Source: Octopus sinensis (Eukaryota). From it: a DNA stretch of 64,000 nucleotides. How positions within the stretch are numbered: the first letter of the stretch is position 1; the number at the start of each line of letters is the position of its first letter. The position numbers were made by a program, and so were the translations under genes. The stretch spans positions 54,436,001 to 54,500,000 of the forward strand of contig NC_042997.1 of assembly GCF_006345805.1 (NCBI RefSeq). The letters run 5' to 3'. The notes beneath the pieces are model-generated. The model was given only the letters and a program-made list of their open reading frames with translations, was not told the origin of the DNA and searched no databases. Below, piece by piece: positions 47,811 through 59,487 of the stretch.

Positions 47811-49767
47811 TCTTCTTCCCACCATGACATACAAACTTATTCAAACTCATGAATTAGGGCTTGAAGATACTGGAAAAGAGTTCTATCTGTTTGGCATTGC
47901 CAGTGTTATCAAGTTGGATCTAGATTTGATGACATGTTAATAACAAGATTCTCATACGACTTTTCTACCTTGATGTAATTTGTCTCGTTATTATATAAGT
48001 CCATCTCATTAGTTCCTCTTTAACCAAATAAATGTGTATTTTTCAAAGTTATCAACAGATCATATATTCTGAACATATCATCTATGATAATTTTTTTTCA
48101 CCCATATTCACAATTTACCTTTTCTTTTACCTTTCACGTTGTAAATAACTAGTTTCTTTGAGTGTCAAAACCAAAACTCTTCATTGCGAATTAGTTCAAA
48201 ATTCTATCAAATGATTTTAGTCTTAAGAAATCTCAAAATATTCATAAATTTTTAAAAACTCAGAACAGAAGTTGGTCGTAAGCTATAGCACTGATTGATA
48301 GTTCAACTAGATATGTCAGAAATCCTGGAAAAGTAGCGAACCATAGACTGCCCTCACTGGATTTCTATTTCACATAATATTTGATGTATGGTTATGAAAA
48401 TAAAGAAACACGTCGTCGAGGAAGACAGGGAATTAAAAGGTTGAGAAAATATGAAGTCAATACATTCCTTGAAACTACACCAACCATGCAAAGATTAGAT
48501 AAACCACGGAACTAAATTAACTAAATGAAAAATCGAGGGAATGAAGTGATAATGAACCGACAAAACAAAATTGAATTCGGCAGTGAATACGAATGATGGG
48601 ATGAAGTAGAAATGTAAATATAAAAAAGGACATTTTCGGTAAAAGAAATCTAAAATATATTAACGATACTTACATAACAATGTAGATCTTAGATGAAATG
48701 ATATCTTGACGTAATATACGAGAAATTTATGAAGACTGATAGATTCACCAGAACATTCTTACAAGATATATGTAGTTTTTTTTTTTTTTAATCTGGTAAA
48801 TGAATAATCTCTTGATTACATCAATTTATTAGTTATTACTGAGACAATGTAAACAAATCTAAAGAAATAATATCTACAGTGTTTATATATTTAGTAAAGA
48901 GGCGGCGACGATAATCAACCAACTGTCATTTCTAGTAAGGGAAGAACGCACCTCTGATCAGTAGAGAGTGCTAAAATTAGGCATGCCCACTGTCCAGCAC
49001 ATCTTCAGGTATTGTCTATCAAGAACTCCACTATCTAGTGTACCTTTGTTGTTTAATCCCAAGTCATACCTGACCCAACAAGACTTATGATCACAGGTGA
49101 TTTCAGCCATGGCCATTTTCATCATAAAATCTTCCACGCTTTTGAACATCTTAAATATTCTGTCAGTTATAACAGTGTTGATGTGGTTTCTCTTCCCGTT
49201 TGCGAATCTAGAACTCCACTAACTTGTGTAGGCATTTTCTAGCTTTCGATTGTTTTCTTTGATACAAGTTTTCTAAATCCTTATTTATTCCATCACCTTT
49301 TTTTTTTGTCTCAGAAGCCTGTAGGTAGCTTTAAATCTTTCAAAATTTCAATCTTTTCATAGCCTGCTTATAATGTTTTCATATCTATTAATTAGGTTTG
49401 CTGTCCATGTGATGAAACTTATATTCTAGCTATTAAGTGACGTTCTCAATCCCGATGGTACGCTCCAATATGGAATAATTCGTATGGGTTAGTTGAGCTG
49501 CAAGAAATAACTGCTAAATCGCTCTTAGACCATTAATGAAAAAAAAAAAAAAAAGGACACAGCTTTCAGATAGATAATATGCAGGAGGTGTGGTGAAAAG
49601 ACGATTATGCTTGGAACATCTTTTTTTCCGTGATGGAAAGTTCCTAGTTTTTCTGTGCACTCAGAGCTGAGAGTTCATTCGGTTGCGCTATGAAAGTTTT
49701 AGTCGTGAGCTACTTAATTTTCGGTTATTTAACCTACAACCGCTAGCAGGAATAGTATCTTATTTAA

Positions 49768-49977
49768 CCCTTTTGTTACTAACCCGGCCAAGGCTCTATG
49801 ATAAAATGTCTTGTTTTCATAAGTTTTGAATTAAAATATTCCACTAAGCCTTAGTCACAATTTACATTCCTAACACTAGGTTTATGATAACTAAGTTATT
49901 TTACTAAATTCTTTGTTATATTTAAAATAATTGAAAGAAACACAGAGCATCTCAAAATAAATACAGTAACGAAAGGG
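49768..49977. mobile_element. piggyBac-type MITE, 210 bp
   Basis: TTAA|CCCTTTTGTTAC ... GTAACGAAAGGG|TATA. CCC/GGG termini; the right TTAA is mutated. Confidence 0.7.
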
Positions 49978-50340
49978 TATATCGGCTGAGATTTTTAAAA
50001 AAAGGCGGGAAAGAGACAATAATTTCTCGTATGTTAACAGGTGTTATTTACACTCTTTGTCTTGTTTTTTTATGTGTGTGTGTGTGTGTGTGTGTACTTT
50101 AAATCCATCGGACAAGATTGTTTGAATCCCATAGTCAGGTAGTTTTGACGGATCCACGCGTTAGACACAGCCGAAAGTTTACTGACGCAACAACTTGTTT
50201 TCCCAAAATTTTTCGAGAGCGAGTGCCTACTGGTGAATGGCATAACAAAGTAGTTCGGCATTAGATTTGACTTTTTCAGAAATAGTCCTGGTAGTTATCG
50301 AGAAGTGAGATTCTAGATGTTGGAGAAGGTTGATTTCAAT

Positions 50341-50719
50341 TTTTGGCACAGTGCCAACAATTTCGAGGGAGGATATACATCATCTTCAGTACTTAGCTGG
50401 TACTTTATTTTATCTCCTCCGAAAGAATAAAAGACAAAGTCGACCTCAGCGGACTTTGAACTCAGAAGGTAAGGACGGACGAAATTCCGCTAAGCATTTC
50501 ACCCGGCGTAACAGCTGTCAAGGCGGCTAGCTGGCAGAACACGTTACGGCGTCGGAAAAATAATACTTAGCGGCATTTTTTTCTGGCTTTACGCTCCGAG
50601 ATCAAATGTCGCTGGGGTTGACTTTGCTTTTCATCCTTTCGGGATCGATAAAATAAGTACCAGTGGAACACTGGGGTCGATATATCCCCTCCCTCGAAAT
50701 TGCTGACCATGTGCCAAAA
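50341..50719. mobile_element. Head-to-head inverted pair of same-family SINEs
   Basis: Minus copy 50341-~50512 and plus copy 50521-50719 (aggcggctagctggcagaa head; ttttggcaca / tgtgccaaaa ends). Confidence 0.8.
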
Positions 50720-51249
50720 CAGCTTTGAGATGTTAAAAGTGTATACAATAGCACAAAGTTGACAGGATTGTCTTTGGGAATGAGATTCTTTACAGTTGAT
50801 AGAGATAATTTTAGCAAAGGAACAAAAGGATTGACTATAGTTTGGGAGGCAAAAGTACTTGTAGACTGAATGTACGGTGACGTTCTTCCCAGTTTTGATA
50901 ATGATACTATAATAGTTTTATGTATATTTTTCCTTAATCACACTCTACTTACATCACCATCGTTTTTACGTCCACTTTCTATGCTTGCATGGGTCAGAAG
51001 GAATTCATTGAGACATTTTCTACAATCTGGTTGTCTATGCCAACCCTCACTTGTTTTAAAGCAAACATATTTCCCCATGGGCATACATATTTACACCGAA
51101 GATTGGAAACAAAGGACACTGCTTCTATGATGGTGATAGTTGCTTATAAGTACCCTATGATGTCAAGACACAAAGACAAAACATGCATGTACATACATAC
51201 ATAAATGTATATCTGTAAATGTAATATGTGACAATTATTCAGTAACCAT

Positions 51250-51310
51250 GATAAAACTCCGAGTTTCAGATGTTGAGGTGGAAATCCACACCACCATCTC
51301 TTCAGTTATC
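51250..51310 (-). ncRNA. Type I hammerhead motif, core intact
   Basis: GATAA / CTGAAGA / 30-nt hairpin / T / GAA / ACTC-g-GAGT / T / TTATC. Confidence 0.7.
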
Positions 51311-51348
51311 CATTGGAAAAATTTTTCATAGTATTTTTCCGATGGCCG

Positions 51349-51409
51349 GATAACTGAAGAGATGATGGCATGGATTTCCACCTCGGCATCTGAAACTCAG
51401 AGATTTATC
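51349..51409 (+). ncRNA. Type I hammerhead motif, U16.1 to A variant
   Basis: GATAA / CTGAAGA / 30-nt hairpin / T / GAA / ACTC-a-GAGA / T / TTATC. Confidence 0.6.
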
Positions 51410-53276
51410 ATGGCAACCGAATAATTGTCACACAGTACATTTACAGATAAATTCCTTTATTTACATAATATCAAGGTCTCTTTCATTCTTTTGTGTTTTA
51501 CCATTTTTATCAATATATATATATATATATATATATATAAGCAAAACATTCAAACACTGAGATTTGAAATCAGATGTCACTACTGTTCATATCATCTGTA
51601 GATAAATTTTAAAATTGATATCACTAGCAGTGACATAGGTGGATCGCAGGCACAATAGCATTATATAGCTATGAATTATAAATTTGAATGAAGCGTAATG
51701 ATGCTTAACAAGCATCTACCTGCTAGAAATAAGAGCTAAAGTCTTAAATTAATCCAACGTACCGCACCAAGATAACAGAGAAAAACAATATGCATGGAAA
51801 AAAGAAAGTATTAAAATATTTAACAGCACAATATATTATATATATATACTAGCATTAAAGACCCGTCGTTGCCGGGTCATAGTGCTAGTGCATGTATATA
51901 TGTGTACATATTACATGTACATCTATATATATACATCTACACATAAAATACAAAATACAAAGTTATATCTTGATATCACTAGTGATAACAATACTCAAAA
52001 TATATAACAGACTGGAATTGTTAGCCCGTCTCTTGTAATTTCGATCAATCGTATCTTGTCCTCCTTGTATAGAAGTGTGGCTACAATCCAGCCTACCTTT
52101 ACTTCGGGGGGGGGGGGGGCATTTTAAATTTTTATCCGGGATGTCCTACGTCCCAGATATAAAGGTAAAAATAAAATATTTCCACTTTGCAAGTTCGAGT
52201 CGAGTTCTCCCTTGCATGCTCTGTTGACTCTTGTAGATTTCTTTTTAAAAAACATGCCTAGAGTTGTTTGCTTAGAAGAAACTTTTTTCACTGCATAAAT
52301 TTCTTGGTAATATGCAGAAGCACTTGTTATAGTAGTAGAAACTTTTGCACTTCATTCAAAATTTGGATCTTGTGCTTGAAAAATAAAACTCATAAACCTG
52401 GGGGCCTCGTAAAGTGAGGTATTACTGTATATATACACACACACACACACACATATATATAAACATTCATTAATGCCTGGGTGTTATTATCAATGTATGT
52501 ATATGAGCCAATGAGTAAGACATCTATGTAGCTACACCCAACAGAAATAGTAACTGATTCTCTCTCATGTCAAATCATTCTGTTTGATGTTATTTTGATA
52601 CAATACCTGAGCACTGCTGGTATTTAATAATGCTATAAGTGTTATAACAAACATTAGTTAGTGTTTAATAATGTTATGATGGTTATAACAGACACTGTAT
52701 AAAAAAATCAGGCTTCTTCATCATAAAACAAAGCAGCTACAGTCAGTAAACCCAATGAGAACAAAATCATAAACTGACATCCCACAAAAAAAAATCAAGA
52801 AAACAACTATATGTTTAGATTTATTTTCTATCATTCTAACATTTGTTGTCTGGGATGTTAAAAAAACTGGATATTCCTGTTGAGTGGAAGCAATTCTGCA
52901 AATTACACACCAACTACATGATCAATAGATAAAGCTAAGGTTACTGCATCATAAAGGTGATTATAATGAATCATTGATCTCATTAGTAGCTGGTCAGCTA
53001 TGTTTTTCACTAATGCCATATGTATGCCAAAACTACCTCCACTTTAATATAAATCAGTAATATGTGTCATGCCTGGACACTAGTGAAATATCAATTACAT
53101 TGAAAAAGTTTTAAACATGTTATAGTTGTAAGTCTCCTTATTTGATATTTGCACTGTGACACAAGCAAGCTGTAAATATTCTTAATATTCCATTGAGTTG
53201 ATAAAAGAGTTATAGATGTTATAACCTTCACCTCATCATTTCTTCATTTCCAATACACTCTCAACTGTCCAATTAA

Positions 53277-53422
53277 ATAATAATAATGAAATTATTGTAT
53301 ACAGTGCTCAGGTGCACCACAACTTGTCAGAAAGTGCGTATAAAGTACATGCAGTAATGTAGAAATGTCTGGAAAGTGAACATGCTTGTGTGTATGGAGG
53401 GGAGAAAATCAAGTGTAGTGTT
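53277..53422 (-). mobile_element. CR1 3'UTR-only copy
   Basis: Near-identical to 37097-37258 apart from one internal deletion. Confidence 0.85.
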
Positions 53423-53830
53423 CTTCATCCCATCTCAATTTCTCCCTTCTCTTACGATTGTAAATCATTTTTACATCTCATTCATCGGTTTATTCTATAG
53501 TTGTATTAGTTATCAACAATGTTTTTATTTCATTCACAACTATTGATCTTTTTTTTCCAGGAGACCCATTTTCGTTCTATATAGAATTTTACTAATCAAT
53601 TACATTTCTTACAAGTAGTTATTACTACAAATAAAAAGGTTATCAGTAACCATCATATATTTCGCATTATTCAACTCTCATAAAGTCTATGTTACTAACA
53701 TTTAATCTTCATCAGTAAAGGATAAGATATTTTAGAGCTTCAAAGTAAACAATAATTGGTTAAGATCATTTTGAAAAATATGTATACATAAAACATGCTT
53801 ATATTGATGATAAATGTATAATTTTTAGTT

Positions 53831-54201
53831 GTGGGTGTGTGGTAAGAAGCTTGCTTCCCAACCATGTGGTTCCGAGTTCAGTCTCACTGTGGTACCTTGG
53901 GTAAGTGTCTTCTATTACAGCCTCTGGCCAACCAAAGCTTTGAGAGTGAATTTGACAGAGGGAACCTGAAAGAAGCCTGTCGTATGTATATATATATATA
54001 TACATGACAGGTCTCCTACCACTGCTTGACAACAGGTGTTGGTGTGATTACATACCTGTAACTTAGCAGTCAGCAAAGGACAGGGATAGAATAAGTACTA
54101 GGCTTAAAAAATAAGTCCTGGGGTTTATTTGTTCAACTAAAACCCTTCAAGATGGGGCCCCAACATGGCTGCAGTCAAATGACTGAAACAAGTAAATGAT
54201 A
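53831..54201 (+). mobile_element. tRNA-derived SINE, near full length
   Basis: Same family as 30670-31064. Confidence 0.85.
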
Positions 54202-54963
54202 AATGATATCAATATATTTTGGTTAAGATAAATAAAAACATTGTTTCTATTTGGCTATTTGTATATGATGCTAATGCCTGGTGAAAATACTACATTTATC
54301 AGTTCTTTCCTGTGCAACTATATTTATGAAAACAATAATGAAATATTCTAAGCTAATTTGTACAACATTGAAACATCTCCACTTAAGTCCCAAAGGTAGG
54401 ATTGTCTATTAGACAAGCAAAAGGATAGATTTTATAATCTCCTTGTCTAAAATATTCCAAAAATCGATATCAATGGTATCATTTTCATAGTAACTCAAAG
54501 ATGATACACTGATATGGAAGCATTGAACTTAATACAAGGAATAAAGAGGGATTAAAATTCTTGAATTTTTCTAATGAAAGGCTGTTATCATTTTTACAAC
54601 AGAAGTATCAGAAAACTGGTTACTTACTTAGCAGGTGAGTATGAGGTACTATCGATGTTGTCTTAATTGAAGTGATTGATTTGTAATGATTCACTTACTA
54701 TAACCACTAGCACACAGATGAGTGGTTTTATCTCTTTGCTCTAATATTACTACAATGGCTTATAGTGAAACTAAAAATGATTGGGTCTTTTCATAACAAA
54801 CCATTTAGAATTCTTCTTACACTCATACTATTCCATTAACTGCTATCGCACAAACATCAAACATACCAAATGCCATGGTTATCACTATTCTACACCTGAT
54901 AACCTATAAAATCAATCCAAACTGCAAGACAATCTGTTCATATAAACCAGAATGTCAATGCAT

Positions 54964-55923
54964 TTAGAGCAAGGTCATCAGCATAGAGGAGCTCCCAGGG
55001 GCATCCTGTCTTGAATTCCTCTGTTATTGCCTGGAGGACTATGATAAATAGGAGGGGACTGAGGACTGAACCTTGGTGGACCCCAACCTCTACCCGGAAT
55101 TCTTCACTGTACTTGTTGCCAACCCTCACCTTACTAGCAGCGTCTCTGTACATGGCTCGCACAGCTCTCACTAACCATTCATCTATCCCTAGTTTCCTCA
55201 TTGACCACCAGATAAGGGATCAGGGGACCCTGTCAAAGGCTTTCTCCATGTCAACAAAAGCCAGGTACAGGGGCTTATCTTTGGCTAGGTATTTCTCCTG
55301 CAGCTGTCTTACCAGGAATATAGCATCAGTAGTACTTTTCCCTGGCACGAACCCAAACTGCATCTCATCTAAGCTAACTCTCTCTCTAATTAGTTGAGCT
55401 ATGACCCTCTCCGTAACCTTCATTACCTGATCCAGCAGCTTGATACCCCTGTAGTTATTTGTATCTAGGGCGTCACCTTTACCTTTGTAGCAGTTGACTA
55501 TTATGCTGCTACACCAGTCATTGGGAATGACTCCTTCGTGTATCACTTGGTTAACTATACGGGTGACTACGCCATAGCCTACACTACCAGATATTTTGAG
55601 CATCTCCGCAGTAATTCCTGATGGGCCTGGGGCTTTCCGTTTTCATGCTTGCAATTGCCTTAACTACTAAGGAACTGTCAACTCGGATTGCTGGTCCCTC
55701 TGTTGGGTCGACATTAGGCAGACTCTCTTTATCCCATTCATTTTCCTCATTCAGCAACCTTCCATAGTGGCGTCTCCAAACCTCTCTCTTTGCATCCTCA
55801 TTTAGCGCAAGTGAACCGTCATCCTTGCGAACACATTTCTCTCCTACCACGTCACGATTCTCTCTCACACACTGTCTTGCAACCTCAAGTCTTTCATCCT
55901 TATGGCGCAGAACATTGGCAAAA
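54964..55923 (-). mobile_element. RTE LINE internal RT fragment in the ZNF5 3' flank
   Basis: KAPGPSG (frameshifted), NYRGIKLL, QFGFVPGKSTTDAIF, AFVDMEKAFDRVP*, GVHQGSVLSPLLF, LLYADDLAL. Confidence 0.95.
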
Positions 55924-56028
55924 TGATGGTGAAGAAAAAAGGACAGTAGTGTTATAAAATCCATATACTCAAATTAATGACAAAACAGAGTTATTTGTAG
56001 AAAATAGTTTATTAAGAATGTATCATAG

Positions 56029-57363
56029 CTACGGTTTCTCTCCTGCGTGTATACGTTTGTGTTGAGTTAAATTATCACTTCTAGAAAACGTCTCACTACA
56101 GATATCACAATGGTATGGTCTTTCTCCTGAGTGAATACGTTTGTGTCGAGAGAAATGACCACTTTGAGAGAATGTTTTACCACAGACATCGCAATGGTAT
56201 GGTCTTACTCCTGTGTGGATACGTATGTGACGTGACAAATTAGCACTTCCAGAACATGTTTTACCACAGATATCACAGTCATATGGTCTTTCTTCTGTGT
56301 GAATACGTTTGTGGAGAACCAAATCAGCACTTTCAGAATATGTTTTACCACAGATTTCACAGTAGTATGGTCTCTTTCCTGTGTGAATACGTTTGTGGGA
56401 AACTAAAGTACTTGAAAGAGCAAATGCTCTACCACAAATATCACAATGGTAAGGTTTTTCTCCTGTGTGAATACGTTTGTGGTCAACTAAGTGACCTTTC
56501 TCAGAGAATGCTTTACCACAGTCATCGCAATTATATGGCTTCTCCCCTGTGTGAATACGTTTGTGTCGAGAGAGATGACCACTTTCAGGGAATGTTTTAC
56601 CGCATACGTCACAGTGATATGGTCTTTCCCCTGAGTGTATACGTATGTGTCGAGAGAAATGTGCAATTTGAGAGAATGATTTATCACAGATATCACAGTG
56701 ATATGGTCTTTCTCCTGTGTGAAGACGTATGTGGCGAGACAAAGCAGCACTTCCAGAAAATGATTTGTCACAGATATCACAGTGGTATGGATTCTTTTCT
56801 GCGTGAGTACGTTTGTGTGTAGACAAGTTAGAACTTCCAGAATAGGATTTACCACAGATATCACACTGATACGGTTTTTCACCAGTGTGAACACGTTTGT
56901 GGGTAACCAAATTGCCAGGCACAGAAAATGCCTTATCACAGATATCACATTTGTATGGTTTTTCTCCTGTATGAATACGTTTATGGGCGACTAAACCACC
57001 ATTCTCAGAGAATGCTTTACCACAAATATCGCAATGGTATGGCTTCTCCCCAGTGTGAATACGTTTGTGTTGAGAGAAATTATACTTTTGAGAGAAACTT
57101 TTATCACAAATATCACAGCGGTATGGTTTTTCTCCTGTGTGAATGCGTTTGTGTCGAGAGAAATGACTACTCTGAGCAAATGTTTTACCACAAATATCAC
57201 ACTGATGTTGTTTTTTGCCTGTGTGAATACATTTATGAGAAGATAACAATTTCTTTGAAGTGAATAACTTCCAACATATATCACAAGGGTGCAATTTCAC
57301 CTCTGTATGTTCTTCTGTCTGATTAGATGAATCAGTTGCTTCAGGCTCAGTTGTCTCATCCAT
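56029..57363 (-). CDS. C2H2 zinc-finger protein ZNF5, 444 aa: 24-aa leader and 15 fingers
   Basis: Intact ORF. Confidence 0.95.
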   Translation of the reverse strand: MDETTEPEATDSSNQTEEHTEVKLHPCDICWKLFTSKKLLSSHKCIHTGKKQHQCDICGKTFAQSSHFSRHKRIHTGEKPYRCDICDKSFSQKYNFSQHKRIHTGEKPYHCDICGKAFSENGGLVAHKRIHTGEKPYKCDICDKAFSVPGNLVTHKRVHTGEKPYQCDICGKSYSGSSNLSTHKRTHAEKNPYHCDICDKSFSGSAALSRHIRLHTGERPYHCDICDKSFSQIAHFSRHIRIHSGERPYHCDVCGKTFPESGHLSRHKRIHTGEKPYNCDDCGKAFSEKGHLVDHKRIHTGEKPYHCDICGRAFALSSTLVSHKRIHTGKRPYYCEICGKTYSESADLVLHKRIHTEERPYDCDICGKTCSGSANLSRHIRIHTGVRPYHCDVCGKTFSQSGHFSRHKRIHSGERPYHCDICSETFSRSDNLTQHKRIHAGEKP

Positions 57364-57765
57364 AACTTTTCTCTTTTAATCAATATTTTCTCTGTATGAT
57401 GGTTTTTATTAAAGCCTAATGATGTTTTGGCTCTTGAAAAAGAACTTCAGGTAAATTTATTAGACAGAATTTTGTAAATTAATAACCAGTAGCTAAAGGA
57501 TCATTATTAAACTAGCTCCAATTGACAAAATATATCCAGATATTAAAATCCTTACACATAAGACTGTTAAAAATTCATGGTAAATCCTCGAAGTACAGAA
57601 AATTGTCCAGTAAACGTGTGTTGTAACTTTTACAAATATTCTTAGTTCCAAATAAATTTTTTCACATCCATTCAACCAAGAGTTATAGAAAATACTTAAC
57701 ATTAGGTTGATGAAGTTATTTTCAGTCTTCTGTGAAATATTTTAATCTCAATGTTATCTGATAAC

Positions 57766-58830
57766 CTGTAACAGAAGACAACATAAGAATAAGGAATAAT
57801 GAAGTGTTAATACGAAAGATTATTCTAAAAAAGATATGACTACAAATATGGGAAGAATGCTCAGAATGTATTTACAAAGAAAAGACCCAATGATATACAA
57901 ATGCTGTGGAAATAGATGAGGACAATTGATGTGGATCTTGGAATGAAAAAGACCTTCCAAGATCACTGGCCACTATATAAAGCTTTGTAAATAATGATTA
58001 GAACATCCTACAATTATAATTGCGTCCACTCGATCGAAGCAAACAAAAATGCACATATCTACACCTTAACATGCAAAGTAAATAGTAAATTACTTCATTT
58101 GACCCAAACTTTCATTGTCTCCTCATGCATAACCAAATCAATTCTTGGAAATAAATCTGTGTGTGTGTGTGTAAATCTAGAGTCAAAATGAAACTGTAAA
58201 ATGAGAAACTCGGACGAACTAGCGCCAAAGAAATGGTTAACCTATTATGGACAACGAAAAATTACATCGTTGAGAAAGACACGGAATATAAAACGTATAA
58301 ACGATTAATAAAGAAAGAGTTGAAATAAATAGATCAAATAAAATACATTTCTTGAAAACTAAATACTATTTTACTACGAAACAAAGTAAAATGGAGACTT
58401 TTGGTAATGGAATTATGCATGAAGTTTTAACTCATTCATTTCATTTTGTTGATCCGACGATTCGAGTGTTCGCAAACAACGATACCGATTAAAATGAAAT
58501 ATAAATAAAAGATGTGACGATTATGCGGGAGAGTAATAATTCTTTACGTTTCAGCATAAACACATATGAAGAGCTAAATTTAATAACCAACATGTTCTTG
58601 AGAATGTCATTCAATACGAACAAGTTCCATTACATTTTTCTTTATTTGTATTGATTCAATCGCTTTGAAATCTGAGAATGAAAAGAAAGAAGTCAAAATG
58701 AAGAAATAAAAGCCCCCACTTTCACACCTAAAAAGCCAAGATAGTACATGGTGTAGCTGAAGTAGAAATGAAAATATAAATTATACAATTTTGAGAGAAG
58801 AAATATCTAAAATATAATAGCGATACTTAC
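57766..58830 (-). other. Predicted 5'UTR intron of ZNF5
   Basis: Donor GTAAGTatcgctattatattttag at 58830; acceptor ttacAG|GTTATCAGA at 57767-57766. Confidence 0.7.
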
Positions 58831-59234
58831 TCTATGTAGTTAAATGAAATAATGAGATGTACTGAAGTCAGACTTTAAATCAGCGAGGATAGATTCACCA
58901 GAACATTCAACTACTTTTCTGTTTTCTTCTCATTACTGAACAGTTTATTTTAAAAATTCAACTGCGGTAGTTGATTGACTATTACTAAGACTGAATAAAT
59001 ATAGAGAAATGATATATCAACAATGTTTATAAATTGTAAACGAACGAGGATGACATAACGGAAGTATCATTGACTGTAGAGGAAGAACCGGTAAAACTAG
59101 CCTCTATGCATTAGAGAGTGATATACATGCTGAAGTTTGTGTTTGTTGTCAGTCACTCTTTTTTTTAGGGCTGCGGTGTTTCCGATTTGTCTATTCCGTC
59201 TTCCTGTCTTTTTTTTGTTTTTTTGCCGGCAATA

Positions 59235-59487
59235 TGGTAGACGGAAACTGAAAGAAGCCCGTCGTATATATATATAAATAGATATGTGTTTGTCCCCTAG
59301 CATTGCTTGACAACCGATGCTGGTGTGTTTACGTCCCCGTTACATAGCGGTTCGGCAAAAGAGACCGATAGAATAAGTACTGGGCTTACAAAAGAATAAG
59401 ACCCGGGGTCGATTTGCTCGATTAAAGGCGGTGCTCCAGCATGGCCGCAGTCAAATGACTGAAACAAGTAAAAGAGAGTAAAGAGTA
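59235..59487 (+). mobile_element. 5'-truncated SINE (young-looking, CpG-rich copy)
   Basis: tggtagacggaaactgaaagaagcccgtcg ... gcagtcaaatgactgaaacaagtaaaaga. Confidence 0.85.

Larger units (their letters stand above)
45598..48673 (-). other. Predicted 5'UTR intron of ZNF4 (enlarged by RTE pieces)
   Basis: Donor GTAAGTatcgttaatatattttag at 48673; acceptor ttgcAG|GTTATCAGATGAC at 45599-45598. Confidence 0.7.
51210..51538. mobile_element. Penelope-like repeat with an inverted partial duplicate forming a ~240-bp palindrome
   Basis: Arms 51210-51322 and 51333-51449 with a 10-nt spacer. The right arm continues into the tail shared with 15040-15140. Confidence 0.75.

Noticed and set aside
51845-52430. 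Helitron-like start (tactagc..acccgtcgttgccgggt) and a pogo-like TIR end (gaggtattactgta)
   Set aside because: Only single termini were recognisable; partner ends were not found.
59059-59065. ETS-like CGGAAGT near the predicted ZNF5 start (also ccggaagt at ~20248)
   Set aside because: Short motif, not conserved at the homologous position upstream of ZNF4.
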